This document shows positions 12,251-25,015 of a stretch of DNA of 64,000 nt, piece after piece. This DNA comes from Mobula hypostoma. Its lineage: Eukaryota. Position numbers and translations under genes: made by a program. The DNA lies in assembly GCF_963921235.1 (NCBI RefSeq), contig NC_086106.1, positions 25,420,001-25,484,000 of the forward strand. The letters are read 5' to 3'. Every line of letters starts with the position of its first letter. Position 1 is the first letter of the stretch. The notes beneath the pieces are model-generated. The model ran no database searches. It saw only the letters and a list, made by a program, of their open reading frames with translations, and was not told the origin of the DNA.

Positions 12251-14543
12251 AGCAGAGGCGATAGATCAGAAGCGAAATTGTAGGATATGAATAGATCAGC
12301 GACATCGATCTCCGTGGGTAAGACTTGGGGCGTTTTCCTGCTAAAGTATTAGATGATAAAGTGGAATCGGGCTTATTGAGGCAGAAATCGGCATCCGCTT
12401 TCGTTCTTTCCCTCGCTACTAATTTTCCTTCCGATCAATCATCGAAGTCATCAGGGAATCTGATAACTATCGCAGCCCTAGAGTCTCCCTGCACCCGACA
12501 TGCCTACCTTTCTACAAGTGTTTATTTTTGTCGTTCCCTCTCTACCGTTAGTGAACTTCCTCTCATGCTCCCTGCTCCGTTGTCGTCGCTGAAACATTGA
12601 GTTATTGAGGATCCAAGACAAATGAGTGACATGGCCGAGTGTTCAAGACGGACTAAATTTCCATTGCCTCTCCATGCGGGGGTTCCAATCCCACCCTGGT
12701 CTACTGAAGTCATTTCTGCTTCTGTTTATCGGTGACTTTTTTCTAGTGGAAAGATTGCCGTTTAAATCTGAAATGACGCCTAACGGCGACTCCTTTGCTT
12801 GCAACTTCGGAAACAGCTCTATTTCCATCTTGAGTATTTGTATTTTCCCCTTTCAGGGTTCTTTTGAAGATCCTAACCCGGAGTTACATGCTGACTTCAG
12901 TTTTTGCGGAAATGGGGCCCGCTCCCGGGGTTCCACGACTGGCCGTTAATGATATCAAGGATGCGGCCTAAGAGATTAGGGGCTCTGGAGACGGGCGGAC
13001 CGAAGGTCGGTGTCTCTGCAGGAATCTGGTATGTCCAGTGCACAGAACAGCGAAAGCAGCGATCTGCCTGCTGGCTGTGTGCCCCTAGACCCTCTTTATT
13101 TGGGCACAGAGCTCGGAAAATGGACTTTTGCCATCGCAAATCGCAGATGTTTGTTATGTCTCCTCTCTGAATGTGAAACCGAGACACCTCTTTCTCCCTT
13201 ATAAGGGACAGAGAGACCTGTAGTATGTCGAATACCGGGTGAGCAAATAGTCTATAGTGTTGTGGAAGTCTGTGTCTCTGCTGATGCTTTGTTGCTCGCT
13301 TAAGTGCACGGCGGTGGGTCCGATGCTTTGTTTTTGCTGGTGGGTGAGTGAGGATTGTTGATTTGCTGCTGTTTACGCGTTGGACGGAGGAACTGGGGCT
13401 CGACTTTAGGGTTGTAACATTTAAGTGTCGCTAATTCTTTGGAGGAACTCCTCTGTTTTTCACTGGAAGATTGCAAAGAAAATATATTTTAGGATGCATG
13501 TGGTGTATATTTCTCTCACATTAATTGTACGTTTGAAGCCTTTGAAATCTAATCAGTGTTGACAAAAGTAGAAATAGGGCCACATGACTTGAAATATTCG
13601 GCTAGTCTAAAAAGGTCTGAGGAGAGAGGACTTTCAGGATTTACATCAGCACGTTTTACTGAAAATGTCAAAGGATATTAGCGCGCAAAAAAATAAATCT
13701 CATATATTTTATATTTATCAGGATGGCCATTGCTGATCCAGGGTGAGAGGGTGAACGTGATTACGGCCCTCCTTAGATCAATTTATCGTAAAATGCAACT
13801 CGTTGAAGTCAACGTGTAAGAGCACAGCCTTTCCAAATCAGATTGAAGTATTCTATGTCTGTTTCGAACAGAAGAGAGCAGCTGCACAGAGATCTTCCAA
13901 TGCACCTGAAGCCACAGTCAGCGCCGTGGATGTAAGTTCCATCATCAGGTGAGTGAATCCGTGGAAAGTACCAGGACTGGGTGGTGTCTAAGGCACTGTG
14001 GTTAGTAGTTGTTGAAGAACTCAATTCGCGGGGCTACATGCTGAACATTATCACCTCGTCCCACTTCAATATGAGGCTTCTGCCTGACTTAGAAGATCAC
14101 TATTAAGTTTGTACCTCAGAAAAAAATAAAGTAACGTGCCTTATTGACCACCGACCAGTGAATGTGAATCTCTGAATCCATTATCATTACGTGATCATGG
14201 CACAGATTAACTCCAGCTATCCAGCCAAACTCGACCCGTTGCTGTTCACTACTGCCAAAGCAAATTAACAGTGGACCCCTACTTCCTAGTTTTACATGCA
14301 TCTACAGGTGTACTTTAAGCGAACCCACATTCGTTAGACAGCTTTTATCGGCTGCGCTATGTAATATCCCAGTTTGGGTGCGCGTTGTAATCAGGAACAT
14401 TCCTTTAGATGCGGCGCCCTGTGCTGCTAATTGCAGCGCTCTGAAGTAAGGCAGGAAACCATGGCTGATTTCCGGGTGCACCCCTCCCACTTTCTGGGCA
14501 AAACGACGCCCTCCACTGAGAACATTTTGCATTATTCAGGACC

Positions 14544-15017
14544 AGTTTTTCATCCGGACCCGCCATCTGCTTTCAACTATATGATACTCATTGCACAAAG
14601 ATACATGCTGAAGTCTGAAACATGAGCTTAAACGATTTGCAATTGAGCTGTCTTGCTGCCTTCCTGCAGACTAGTGGTGAATCTCACTTAGCAATCTGGA
14701 TGCCGCTCCATTCTTCCTGTGCTATACACCGTCAGCAAATAATTTGGAGGTTTTCCACAATGCTGAATCCACCCAATGATATCTGCATCATCGTTGGTAT
14801 AATTACAGTTCAGTGATATGGTTTGTCCTTTTTCAGCCGTTACGTCGGGAGGATCCTGCGTCACTGAGTCATTGAACTACTCGTCCCTGCAATAAAAGGC
14901 AGAATACATCAACATCGCTGTCATGTATTGAACGCCGGAGAAATTCGCCGGCCACCTTCGCAAAGACCCACCAGGCGGCACAGCCAATGCAAACACGAAT
15001 GAACAGAGGGCAATTAT
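14544..15017 (-). pseudogene. Family A V pseudogene copy 2 (leader 14972-15017, V exon 14584-14886)
   Basis: Start codon ATA, +2 frameshift after the acceptor, in-frame TAA stops, heptamer CATATAG. Confidence 0.9.
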
Positions 15018-15827
15018 GGTGTCTAATTTCTTGCCGGATCGACCGGCAGACTCCTTCCAGGTCGCAAATATCACTTAGCAGTTACTGTTGTGTGGGATCG
15101 TTGAAGCGATACCTTTTACTATGTGTAAAACCGGGAACGTTTCCCTGGTTAAAGAATTCGCGAAAACTAAGAACCGAGCCTTTCTGAGCGTCAGTCAGAA
15201 TCCGCTTTGTTTCCATTCGTCATTCTGATTTTTTTTTTCCGCTCAGTCAAGGTCCCGCGTCCACCCCGCGCCCTATCCCGTCTCTCTGTCTCTCTTTCTC
15301 TCTGTCTCACACTCACTCTTTCTCAGTGCGCACAATTGCCTCTGCCCCCTGTTCTCTGCATAATCACAGCATATTCACATACCTATCGATGTGTAATCCA
15401 GATCAATTATGAATGTTCACGTGGTCACTTCGTCGTCTCCGTCAATATTGCGCTGGAAGTATTTATTTATTCATTCGTTTATTTAGTCAGTAATTTGGAG
15501 ATATATCCCACAATTGTCACTTAGATCAACATTTATCAGTCTTCCGGCATTGAACTAGTTATTCAATGCCAGAAAGTGTTCATCTGGTTGTTCCCTAATC
15601 TTTGTTGGCTGTTAGGGAGCCAATCTCCTATCCACGCCAATAGACTTCTGACAGCACCCTTTATGCAGCCAGCACTCCTTTAGTTAAAGAAAAAAATAAA
15701 TAAATTCACATCTGGCAGTCCCCTTGTAATTTTTCCCATCGCCTTAAAATATCTCCCTCTCGCATAACTCATTTCCACCATTAGGTTGTCCACTCTATCT
15801 TGCCTCTTGTCATATTATACATACATA

Positions 15828-16399
15828 AGGGTGTATGGGGTGTCAGGGAGGGGTAGCACCTCTGGTGGAGGAACATGTCGCGTCCTTTTCAGGGCGATTA
15901 CTCCACCTTTGGTCCCCACCTGACACTCAGCTCTCACCTGTGGCTCCCCGTAGCTGTTTGCATGCGACAGCGGCCACACCCCGGGCAATGGCTTCGACTA
16001 GCCGGCAAATCCAGGTGAGGGTAGCCGACGGGTCTCAAACCCTCGGTGAGATAGGGAGTTGTCTATCCCAGCATGTGAAGACAGACTCCGGCGGATGGAG
16101 CGGACGAGACCTATGGAAGGTCCAACGATTAAGAAGGCGGTCTCTGCAAGCGTCGTGGAACGTGTACAGCAGAACAAGACACAGAAGACGTCCCGATCAT
16201 CCACTGCGCCTAGTCCCATCTCCAGCCGTCTAGACTCTGTCTTGCCACTGAATCGAGATGGGAATTGGGGAGAGAGAGTGAGGCTGACGTTGCGCAAATC
16301 TCCCTCACCTAAATCCAAATCACGCACCAGTGTCAACACCATCATAATGGTGTCGAGGTCCTCATCGACGTCAACGATGGACGAACAACCAACCACATA
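15828..16399. mobile_element. Unclassified ~570-bp interspersed insertion
   Basis: Absent from paralogous spacers (~24590, ~44500, ~55030); short ACATA direct repeat at the ends. Confidence 0.6.
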
Positions 16400-17555
16400 G
16401 TAATTACTTAACCCCTCATCTTCCGTCTTTACAAAAAAAAAGGCACTTGTTCGCAGAAACTGAGATGTCCCGGGAAATATCCATTCGCTTGCGGTGTGCA
16501 ACTGAACTTCAGCATTCGTCCTCGTTTAGTCGTCAATGCAGAGAGCTTAATCCTTCCCAAACAATTCTACAAAAGAGGACAAAATGACTGAACATCCATT
16601 GCTCCTGCTGCACCTGCAAGACACCAACTGTATATTTGTCCAAAGATTCACCGGACAACCTAGCCCATATAATCAGAAAGAATCAAGGAAGCACATGGTG
16701 TTTCTTTCACGCGCGATCTAAATCCAGATTACATACAAGAAGCTAATACCACAAATTTGGAAGAATGTTATCAGATACGCTGCACCCTTCATTTCGTGTA
16801 AAACCTGCGAATATTGCTCTGCTAAATGGGAATGGAACCGGGGAAGGCACAGCTGAGCCTGTTTAGCCACCGATCTGACTGAAGCTACTACACTCTGTTT
16901 AGTTCTATATTTCTGTTCTACTTGTCGATCTCAAACCTCATCTCTTCGTTCCTTCTTTCTCCTATATTTCCGTCCTGTGTCACTCAATCCTCCTCTGTCT
17001 GCCTGTATATTCCAATCTCCACTTATTCTAAATCATTTATGTAGATTTTAAATAGTTGTGGGGACATAGTTTAATCCAATTCCAGTCCACTCGGGATTCA
17101 TTTTAAATCTGAAAGATAAACATCCATTTAACTCCTCTTTGAGGAAGCTAATGTTAAATGACGCCACCTGAAAATTATCTTCATCTAAGTATTTAGTGTT
17201 ACAGCTAATAGGATGCTGTCTGGTCATATACATCCTCAGTATCTCCAGGTTGCACTCAGCTTCACTGCTAATCCGTCAAAGTAGTGAAAAATGATGTCCA
17301 CCAAAAAATAAAATAGCCACAAGGTATTGTTATAGGCAAGAAAGAGCGACATGGTCACCGAATTGTAGTGGAAGTGTTCCGGATAAATGCCACGATATCC
17401 CTAGGTAAAGCTAAATTTAAGAAGTGTTTCACAAACTTGAGCGCATTTTGCTGCTGAACGCCGCGTTTTAAGTTGACCACGTGATCCTCATGCTCTGCGC
17501 GTGCAGCTGTTCCAATTTCCCAACAAAAGTCGCCCTCTAGTGATCACATGAGGCT

Positions 17556-18008
17556 GGATGTTGCCCGTAACCGCGGTCTCCCTGCAACACTGAATGGTCC
17601 ATTGCACAGAGGTATACACCAGAGTCCGGGACAAGAATTTCAGAGATATTTAAATGAGCATACTATGCGTTTGTGCACATCAGCTGGAAACCTCGTCGAA
17701 TATTCTGGAGGCCGCTCCAGTGTTCCTGAGTCATATAGCTTCAGCAGTATTTTTTCCGACATTTTCCGCAATGCTGAGTGTATCAAAAAATATTTGCTTT
17801 AGTTCGTGTAAAATTTCAGTGTTAATGATCTGACTTTCGTCAGCCAGTAATTTAGGAACATCCTAGATCATTCAGTTGTTCCCTCTCGTTCCTGCAATGA
17901 AGGGCAGAATGCTGTAATATCCCTGACTTGCTCTGAACTAACGTAGTATTCTCTGGCTGCGTATGCTGGATGACGAATGTAATCAATGATAAACGGAGGG
18001 AAACACAT
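17556..18008 (-). pseudogene. Family B V pseudogene copy 2
   Basis: Leader ATG at 18008, acceptor 17892/17893, Trp codon TGA, ends GTA TAC CTC TGT GCA ATG; RSS TTCAGTG + 23 nt + GCAACATCC. Confidence 0.85.
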
Positions 18009-18397
18009 ACTCCCTGGCTTCTGCGAATTAATCACTATGGCAAGTATAAGAGTAAAACTGTATCAAAATAGACTTCACGGTGCCCTGATCAACGATGGCA
18101 GATAAAACAAACCGAGGCTACATGAGGACGAATCAGAATCCTTGCATTGGCATTGTGACCTGCTCTCTCCCTGCTTACACCATGTGACACCATGCGAAGC
18201 AAAGTATTACTGATTCATTCGCAAGACTTTGACTTTCAGTTTCTGATATCTAATATCATCAGCCTTTTAAGTTATTAACGATTCCCTTTCAATCTTTCAG
18301 CATTCCGCTTGATATTCCTTGTCAATAGCACACCATGTATTTATTCCGTGGACCAGCTGGGCTTGGATGCTGAGGGGATACCGTAGGCACCCCTTAC

Positions 18398-18867
18398 AGC
18401 AAGAAAACATTGCGAACACTGAGGTGTCCGGATTCTGTATCGCTAAGAACACTTGAGTGCTGATCTGCGAACGCAATGCAGTGGTGTCCGGCACAACACT
18501 CCCGAAGATATTTAAGCCATTTTTGCACAGAGACCAGAAAAACTGAACGGACTGTCCTCGCGTAAACCAAAATCTCCAATAATGAATATTTTCATCGGTT
18601 TTCCAGAATATTCAGCGCACAACATATAGGCTCTGCCAGATTCCAAGCAACTGCAAATCAGTGACATGGTCTGTCCTTCCAAGTTTATTAAATCCCTCCT
18701 ATTGGGGTCACAAAATCTGCCACACTCGTCCCTGTAAGAAGCCCCGAATGTGTGAGGGGCGCCGGCACGCAGTGGCCCTGCAGGACGCATTCTGACCGAT
18801 TAGAGAGATTCAACAGCCAAAGTATTCGATGCAGAGAAATTCCAGAGGATGGTTGTAACGGGAACAT
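18398..18867 (-). pseudogene. Family C V-like pseudogene copy 2
   Basis: DLINLEGQTMSLICSCLESGRAYMLCAEYSGKPMKIF ... AIQNPDTSVFAMFSC; homologous to C1. Confidence 0.6.
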
Positions 18868-19189
18868 AGCACAATGCATAATGTAAACAAAGGTTGATTT
18901 GAAGATATTACTCCAACAAAAGAGAAGTAATTCAAGTAAAGATCAGCAGAGAGTTTCCGGGAGAATCGGCAATTCCGTTTCGAAGCATATGCGGATTTTA
19001 TTACTAAATTAGGGCACTGTAGCAATCCTAAGACTGCAGTGGAGTAAATCGCCTCCTCCTTCAACGCACCTCTATGCATTTTGCCTCCGTCTCTCTCTAT
19101 CGTGCTCCTGTTCGTCTCCCTCTGTTCCTCTCTGTTATTGTCACTTTAAAAAGGGAGTTAAAGTGCTGTTACACATTATTACACATCGG

Positions 19190-20412
19190 GTGATTTCACA
19201 TGGATTTGAGTACAGAGTACAGAGAGGAAATTATGAAACTGATGGCATGGTGGAAGACAATAACCTATCCCTCAACATCAGCAAGACGAAGGAATTGGTT
19301 GCTAACTTCGGAAGAAGTAGCGGACCGCACGACACAATTTGCATCGGTGGTGCACAAGTCGAACAGGTGAAAAGCTGTAAGTTCCGCTGGGTTGTGACAA
19401 GAATACACATAGATGTTAGCTGTCCTGTGTGAGCAGCAGCTGGTCTGCCACCTGTCCTAAGGGGAGGGAGAGATAAGGAACACAATGATGCAGCATTTGG
19501 AGATGTTAATTAAGGAGCCATCAGTCTGGGTATTGTCAAGATTGGCTCCCCCTTTGAACCCTGAACTGTTTGAAGTGATGGACAGGCGATACCCCAGCAG
19601 GGGGATAAAAAGGGACAGGTTCGCTAAGGCAGGACACACACGACACCCGAGGTAACAAGACCCTGGAAGCGGTGCCCCCCCCGCAAGTCGGCGGGAGTCG
19701 TTTGGAAGGCTGGTGGCGGAACCAAGCCTTAGACGCACAGGGTGGAAAGGTACGATCAGCGGGAACCCGGTGTGTGTCCGCCCTTGCTTGGGTGCCAGGT
19801 TCACTGCAGAGGATCGACCGCATCTGGAGGAGGGGTCACAGTCGGTGACCTCAGGTGACATCACAAAGGACCCGCCCGAAAGCTTCTTGTGAGCAATATC
19901 GCAGGTCTGTGAGTGGAAGCCGTTTTGAATGATCATTCGTTCTTGTTCTCTCTCTCTTTCCCCCCATATTGTCCATCGCCATGGCGACGATTACTGCGAA
20001 CTGAACAAATTGAACTGGACTTTGTGTCACTTTGAAATTGGTCATTTACCCCTAGACAACGATAGAGCTTGATTGATCCTGTTATCTTAATTCTGTGCAC
20101 ATGTGTGTTTATCATTGCTGAACTGTTGCATTTATTATCCTTTCGATTACTGTGTTGCTTGTTTCTTTAATAAAACTTTCTTATATCTAGTGATCCAGAC
20201 TCCAACTGAGTGATCCATTTCTGCTGGTCTGGCAACCCAGTTACGGGGTACGTAACAGGGTCAATATCACAAATGACCTGACTTGGTCCAACCAAGCAGA
20301 GTCCACCGCCAAAAAGGACTTTACTTCCCGAGAAAGCTAAGGAAATTGGGCCTGTCCCCTAAAACCCTCACTATTTTTGATAGATGCACCATAGAAAGCA
20401 TTCCCATGACAA
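19190..20412 (+). mobile_element. Rex1/Babar-type LINE RT fragment split by a solo LTR
   Basis: DNNLSLNISKTKELVANF (19250-19310) and GLYFPRKLRKLGLSPKTLTIFDRCTIESI (20310-20405), motifs typical of this non-LTR RT C-terminus. Confidence 0.7.
19393..20257. mobile_element. Solo LTR (865 bp)
   Basis: TGTGAC...GTAACA termini; 4-bp TSD GGGT (19389-19392, 20258-20261); AATAAA at ~20168; removing it restores the LINE frame. Confidence 0.85.
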
Positions 20413-20413
20413 G

Positions 20414-20811
20414 TTTTACACAGATGCGAGAATTCAACATAACAGCTCGAAGGCTATGCAATTGAGCCGTCAGCTGCCTATGTGCAAACTAGTGATAAAT
20501 CTCACTGGGCAATCTGGATGCCGCTCCATTACTGCTGCGCTACAATTTATTTCAGCAAATTATTTGGATTTTCTCCACAAAGTTGAATGTACCAAAATGT
20601 ATCTGCATCAGCGTAACAGTAATCAAATTTGTGTGTTATTGTCTATCCAACCTCAGCCGATCAGTCGGGAGGATCTGGCGTCACTGAATCTTTACCACTC
20701 GTTTCTGCAATAAAGGACACAATGCATCAACATAGATGGCTTGTATTGAACGCCGGGGCAATTCGCTCGCCACCTTCGCAGACACTCACCAGGCAGCACA
20801 ATCAATGCAAT
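20414..20811 (-). pseudogene. Family A V pseudogene copy 3, truncated at both ends
   Basis: Partial leader with GTGAGT donor, acceptor 20705/20706, V remnant incl. RHPDCPVRF; RSS replaced by LINE sequence. Confidence 0.85.
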
Positions 20812-20928
20812 CCGTCTAAAACCGAGATTAGATTAGATTAGGTTAGATTCAACTTTATTGTCATTGTGCCGAGTACAGATACTAAGCACACCACCCCCAC
20901 CCATCTCTCTCTCTCCCTCTCCCCACTC

Positions 20929-20972
<44 letters not shown>

Positions 20973-21529
20973 GATGCCATTGGGAGAGATTACTGCCGAT
21001 TCCCTGTTGGGGATATCGGTATGAAAAGAATACTTAGTACTGACTGTAACATCGAAATAGTGACTGCTGACTCTTCTCTCGCTTTTGAACGAGCCATATC
21101 AGTCTCTCATTTATTAGTGAGAGAGAGAGAATGCTTGTGAAACGATGAAATGTTGCAGTAAACAGCTAGCTTTTGTTGTACTGTAGACCAAACCCCTCTT
21201 TGTGTTTGTGGTTGTTTCGATGGTGGTTGGTGGTGGACATTCTGATGCGTTATGCTAGAATAAGTGAGAGAGGTTGAAGCTGGTCAGGTTAATGATGCTT
21301 GTCGCTGATTGTGCGAGGGATGTGGCAGGGGACTTTTAGGATTTTATGTTTTTTTCAGATATTGATCCTTTGTGGTTTTATTCTGTTTTACGGATATCTG
21401 TGGAGAGTGTAAATTTCAGGTTGTGTATTTTGTACCTCTCTGATTTTAAGCAGAGCAATTGAACCAAGCTGGGTATTCGTTTCGCTGTACCCTGGTACAA
21501 CTGACGACAGCAAATATATAATGTACATA

Positions 21530-21790
21530 AACCAGTTTGATGTAACTCTGAGCGTCTGCAAAGTGAAAGAATATATCAGGCTGTCCTTCATTATTTCATT
21601 AAAAAATGGGTTGAGCCGGAAAGTGGCGGCGATGGTGGTGGTGGACTGCAGAGAACCTATCATGACACCCTGGCATTATCTGGTATCATGTCCCAGGGTT
21701 TCGGTTCGACTTAGGTTTTCAGTTTCCACAATTCCCGAGTTGCTATATTTTCCACTACCCAAAAAAAGAAGACGCTCTTGGTAGCACGTG
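21530..21790 (+). pseudogene. Family D possible V-like remnant copy 2
   Basis: INQFDVTLSVCKVKEYIRLSF; homologous to D1. Confidence 0.3.
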
Positions 21791-22403
21791 CTCGTGATCG
21801 GAGGGTCAGTGAATGTACATGTTAAGAGAAATTTGGGAAATTGGACAGATAAATCAGTTGACAATAAGACCATAAGATATTGGAACCGAAGTAGGCCATT
21901 TAGCTTGTCGAGTCAGCTCCGCCATTTCGGATGAGAGGGTGTCATGATGGAATTATTCGATACAGTAAACATATAATTAAAAAGATATTTTCAAAAAGTC
22001 GAAATGTACCTTTGGAAATAGATTATATCAGTTTGTGTTCCTTCGATAGTAACCGGACGTTCTCACTGTTTGTCTCTTCCATCGGTGGGAAAACACAGAG
22101 TTCACAAAGCAAGCTCCAATGAAACAACAATAGACTATTACCACTTTCAAGGGTATTACACTGTAGGATGGAATTGAATCGTAATCTTGGTACGACCTTG
22201 CTCTTTATGTCCTGCCTGCGCTGCATTTTTATACGTCTGCTACAGTTTATTTCTCTATTTTTTTATTGTTTTACTTTGTACTACCTCTATAAGCTGTGTA
22301 GTGAATTCATCTGTATAAAAAGAATCAATGCAATGATGCGACAATAATTAACAAATTCCGTTTTCAATTTAGATATGTAGCAAAATGCTACACATGGTGA
22401 TAA

Positions 22404-22600
22404 ACAACAGGAATTCTGCAGATGCTGGAAATTCAAGCAACACACATCAAAGTTGCTGGTGAACGCAGCAGGCCAAGCAGCACCTATAGGAAGAGGCGCA
22501 GTCGACGTTTCAGGCCGAGACCCTTCGTCAGGACTAACTAGTCCTATAGATGCTGCTTGGCCTGCTGCGTGCAACAGCAACTTTGATGTATGTTGCGTGA
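22404..22600. mobile_element. Short Penelope-like non-autonomous insertion with internal inversion
   Basis: 13-bp TSD CACATGGTGATAA (22391, 22601); inverted arms 22437-22491 / 22542-22596; empty site in paralog at ~38941. Confidence 0.75.
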
Positions 22601-23231
22601 CACATGGTGATAACATCGGATCCGTTAAATCCGATTGGGAAGCTAGATTATACTAGCAATCAATCTGTTGTGATCCCATTCCCTCTCTCTTCCTTCGCTC
22701 GCTTTTATACTGAAAATGCCTTCAAAAATATGAATCTCAGGATAGTATGCGGTCACGTATATGTATTTTAATCATAAATTTAATTCCAACATTGAACCTC
22801 TTTCTCACAGCTTGAGAATGCAACGACCAAAATAGTATATGCTTTCTCCAACACGCCAAGCTTTCGCAATTCTGCCGAATTATCTAATTACTCCGCATAA
22901 ATACAATATCAATACAATGTAACTGCTGCAACATCCTTGATTTCAGTAGCATGCCACTTGCAAATATTTGTCAATTTGAAAACGACCAATGTTCACACCC
23001 TCTGTTTTCCTTTATTCAGCCATTGTTCCATTTAACTATATTTCGGTTCCAAACCATCATCGTTCTTTCACACTGCAGATACTTGAACAAAGACGATGTC
23101 AGACAAGTCTGTCCATCGTGTTATGTCGTTGCAGCAAAAGATGTTGGGTGATTGCAAATTCTGGTATCCCAGAAAGTTATAAAGCTCAGTTTGTGTCCGC
23201 GTTGTAATCAGGAACTGCTCCTTCAGCTTCG

Positions 23232-23337
23232 GCGCCTTCTGCTGCTGAATGCAGTGGTCTGAAGTAGGGCACGTGACTGTGACTGATTTCCGGGCGCGCC
23301 CTCTGCAGATTCCTCGGAAAAAGGCGCCCTCAAGTGA
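23232..23337 (-). promoter_or_regulatory. Three co-oriented CTCF-like motifs 3' of the A4 RSS
   Basis: TCACTTGAGGGCGC (23324-23337), TCTGCAGAGGGCGC (23296-23309), GCAGCAGAAGGCGC (23232-23245); each 12/14 to CCRSYAGRKGGCRS by eye. Confidence 0.6.
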
Positions 23338-23361
23338 GAGCTTTTTGCAATATACAGAAGC

Positions 23362-23400
23362 AGTTTTTGCACAGACCCGCCGTCCCCATATAACAGTGTG
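23362..23400 (-). promoter_or_regulatory. 23-RSS of V A4
   Basis: CACACTG + 23 nt + GCAAAAACT. Confidence 0.93.
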
Positions 23401-23823
23401 GTACTCATTGCACAGAGATACATGGCAGAGTCCGACACAAGAGCTTCACGGATATTCAATTGAGACGTCTTGCTGCCTTTCTCTAAAGTAGCGGCAATCC
23501 TCTCTGAATACCGCTGCGTTTCTCCTGTGCTATATAACTTCAGCAAATAATTTGGAGGTCTTCCAGTATGTTGAATGTACCAAAAGATATATGCATCACC
23601 ATAGGTGTAACTACAGTTCAGCGTTATGTTCTGTCCTTCCTCAGTCGTTACATCGGGAGGATCCTGCGTCACTGAATCTTTCCCACTCGTTCCTGCAAGA
23701 AAGGACAGATTATATCAACAACGCTGGCTTGTATAGAATGCCGGGCAAACTCGCTAGCCAGCTTCGCTGAGACTCACCAGGCAGCACAACCAATGCAATC
23801 AGCAATGAACAGAGGGAAATCAT
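23401..23823 (-). CDS. TRAV: Intact TCR alpha/delta-type V segment A4 (leader 23778-23823, V exon 23401-23692)
   Basis: MISLCSLLIALVVLP|GTSGKDSVTQDPPDV...ITLNCSY...FWYIQH...DSAMYLCAMS; GT-AG intron, both Cys and Trp present, 23-RSS. Alpha vs delta usage cannot be determined from the window. Confidence 0.92.
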
Positions 23824-25015
23824 GGTGTCAAACTTCTGGCTGAATGGAACGGCAGTTTCCTTCCAGGGCTTTATTATCACAGCAGATTATGTGGTAGTAG
23901 ATTGTTTCAGCGATACATTTCATCTTGTGTAAAACCGGAGATGTTTCTCTGGTTAAATGATTGGCTGACAGAAATAACAGAGCCTTCTTGAGCACCAATC
24001 AGAGCTGCTTTTGTATCCATTCGTCAGTCTGCCTGTTTCTCCGCTCTTATAATGTCCGATATTCATCCCTCTCTACCTTTCTCACGCCGTCTCTCTCTCT
24101 CTCTCTCTCTCTCTCTGCTTAATCCCATCATATTCACATACGTATCATTGTGTAATCGAACATAATTAAGAGTTTTCGGGAGTTTGCTTCTTCAAAGTTG
24201 ACAATGTCCCGCTAGAAGTAGTTGATTTCTTTATTGTATATGTTTTGTTGGTTAATTATTTGAAGATATATCTTACAGTAGGCCCTTAATTCAATATGTT
24301 TCAATCTTCCAGCATTGAACTACTTATTCAAAGGTTAGCAAGATTTCGTCTAGATATTTCCAAATCTTTGTTTGCTGCTTGGGTACCAATTTATTATCTA
24401 CGTCAATAGACTCCTAACAACACTTTCTGTGTAGCCACCACTTTCTTCGTAAAAAAAAAACTCACCTCTGGCATTTCCCTTATAATTTCTTCCATTCGCC
24501 TCAAGATACTGCATCGCCCTCTCGCATGAGCCATTTCCACCCTTAGGTCAAAGCGCTAGTTGTCCACTTTATTTATGCCCTTTATCATATCATGCACAGC
24601 TATTAAGTGACCCCTTACCTTCCGTCGTTCCAAAAAGAAAGGTCCTTGCTCACAGAAACTAAAATGTCCTGTGGGGTATACATGCACTTGCGGATGTGTA
24701 ACTGAATTTCAACATTACGATTCGTCCCCTTTTAATCGGCGATGAAGAGAGATAAGTCTTTCCCAGACGATTCTAAAAAGAAGGACAAAATGACTGAGCA
24801 TTCAATGCCTCCATTGCATATGCGAGACACCAGCTGACTATTTGTGCAAAGGTACGCCGGGCACCATAACCCATATAATCGGTCTGGATCTGGAATCACA
24901 TGCAGTCTTCTTTCAGGCGAGATCTGAACCAGATTACATTCAAGACGCTAATACCATAGACTGGCGAAAATTATGTCAGCTACGCTACACCCTTCACCTC
25001 GTGAAAAACCTCCGT

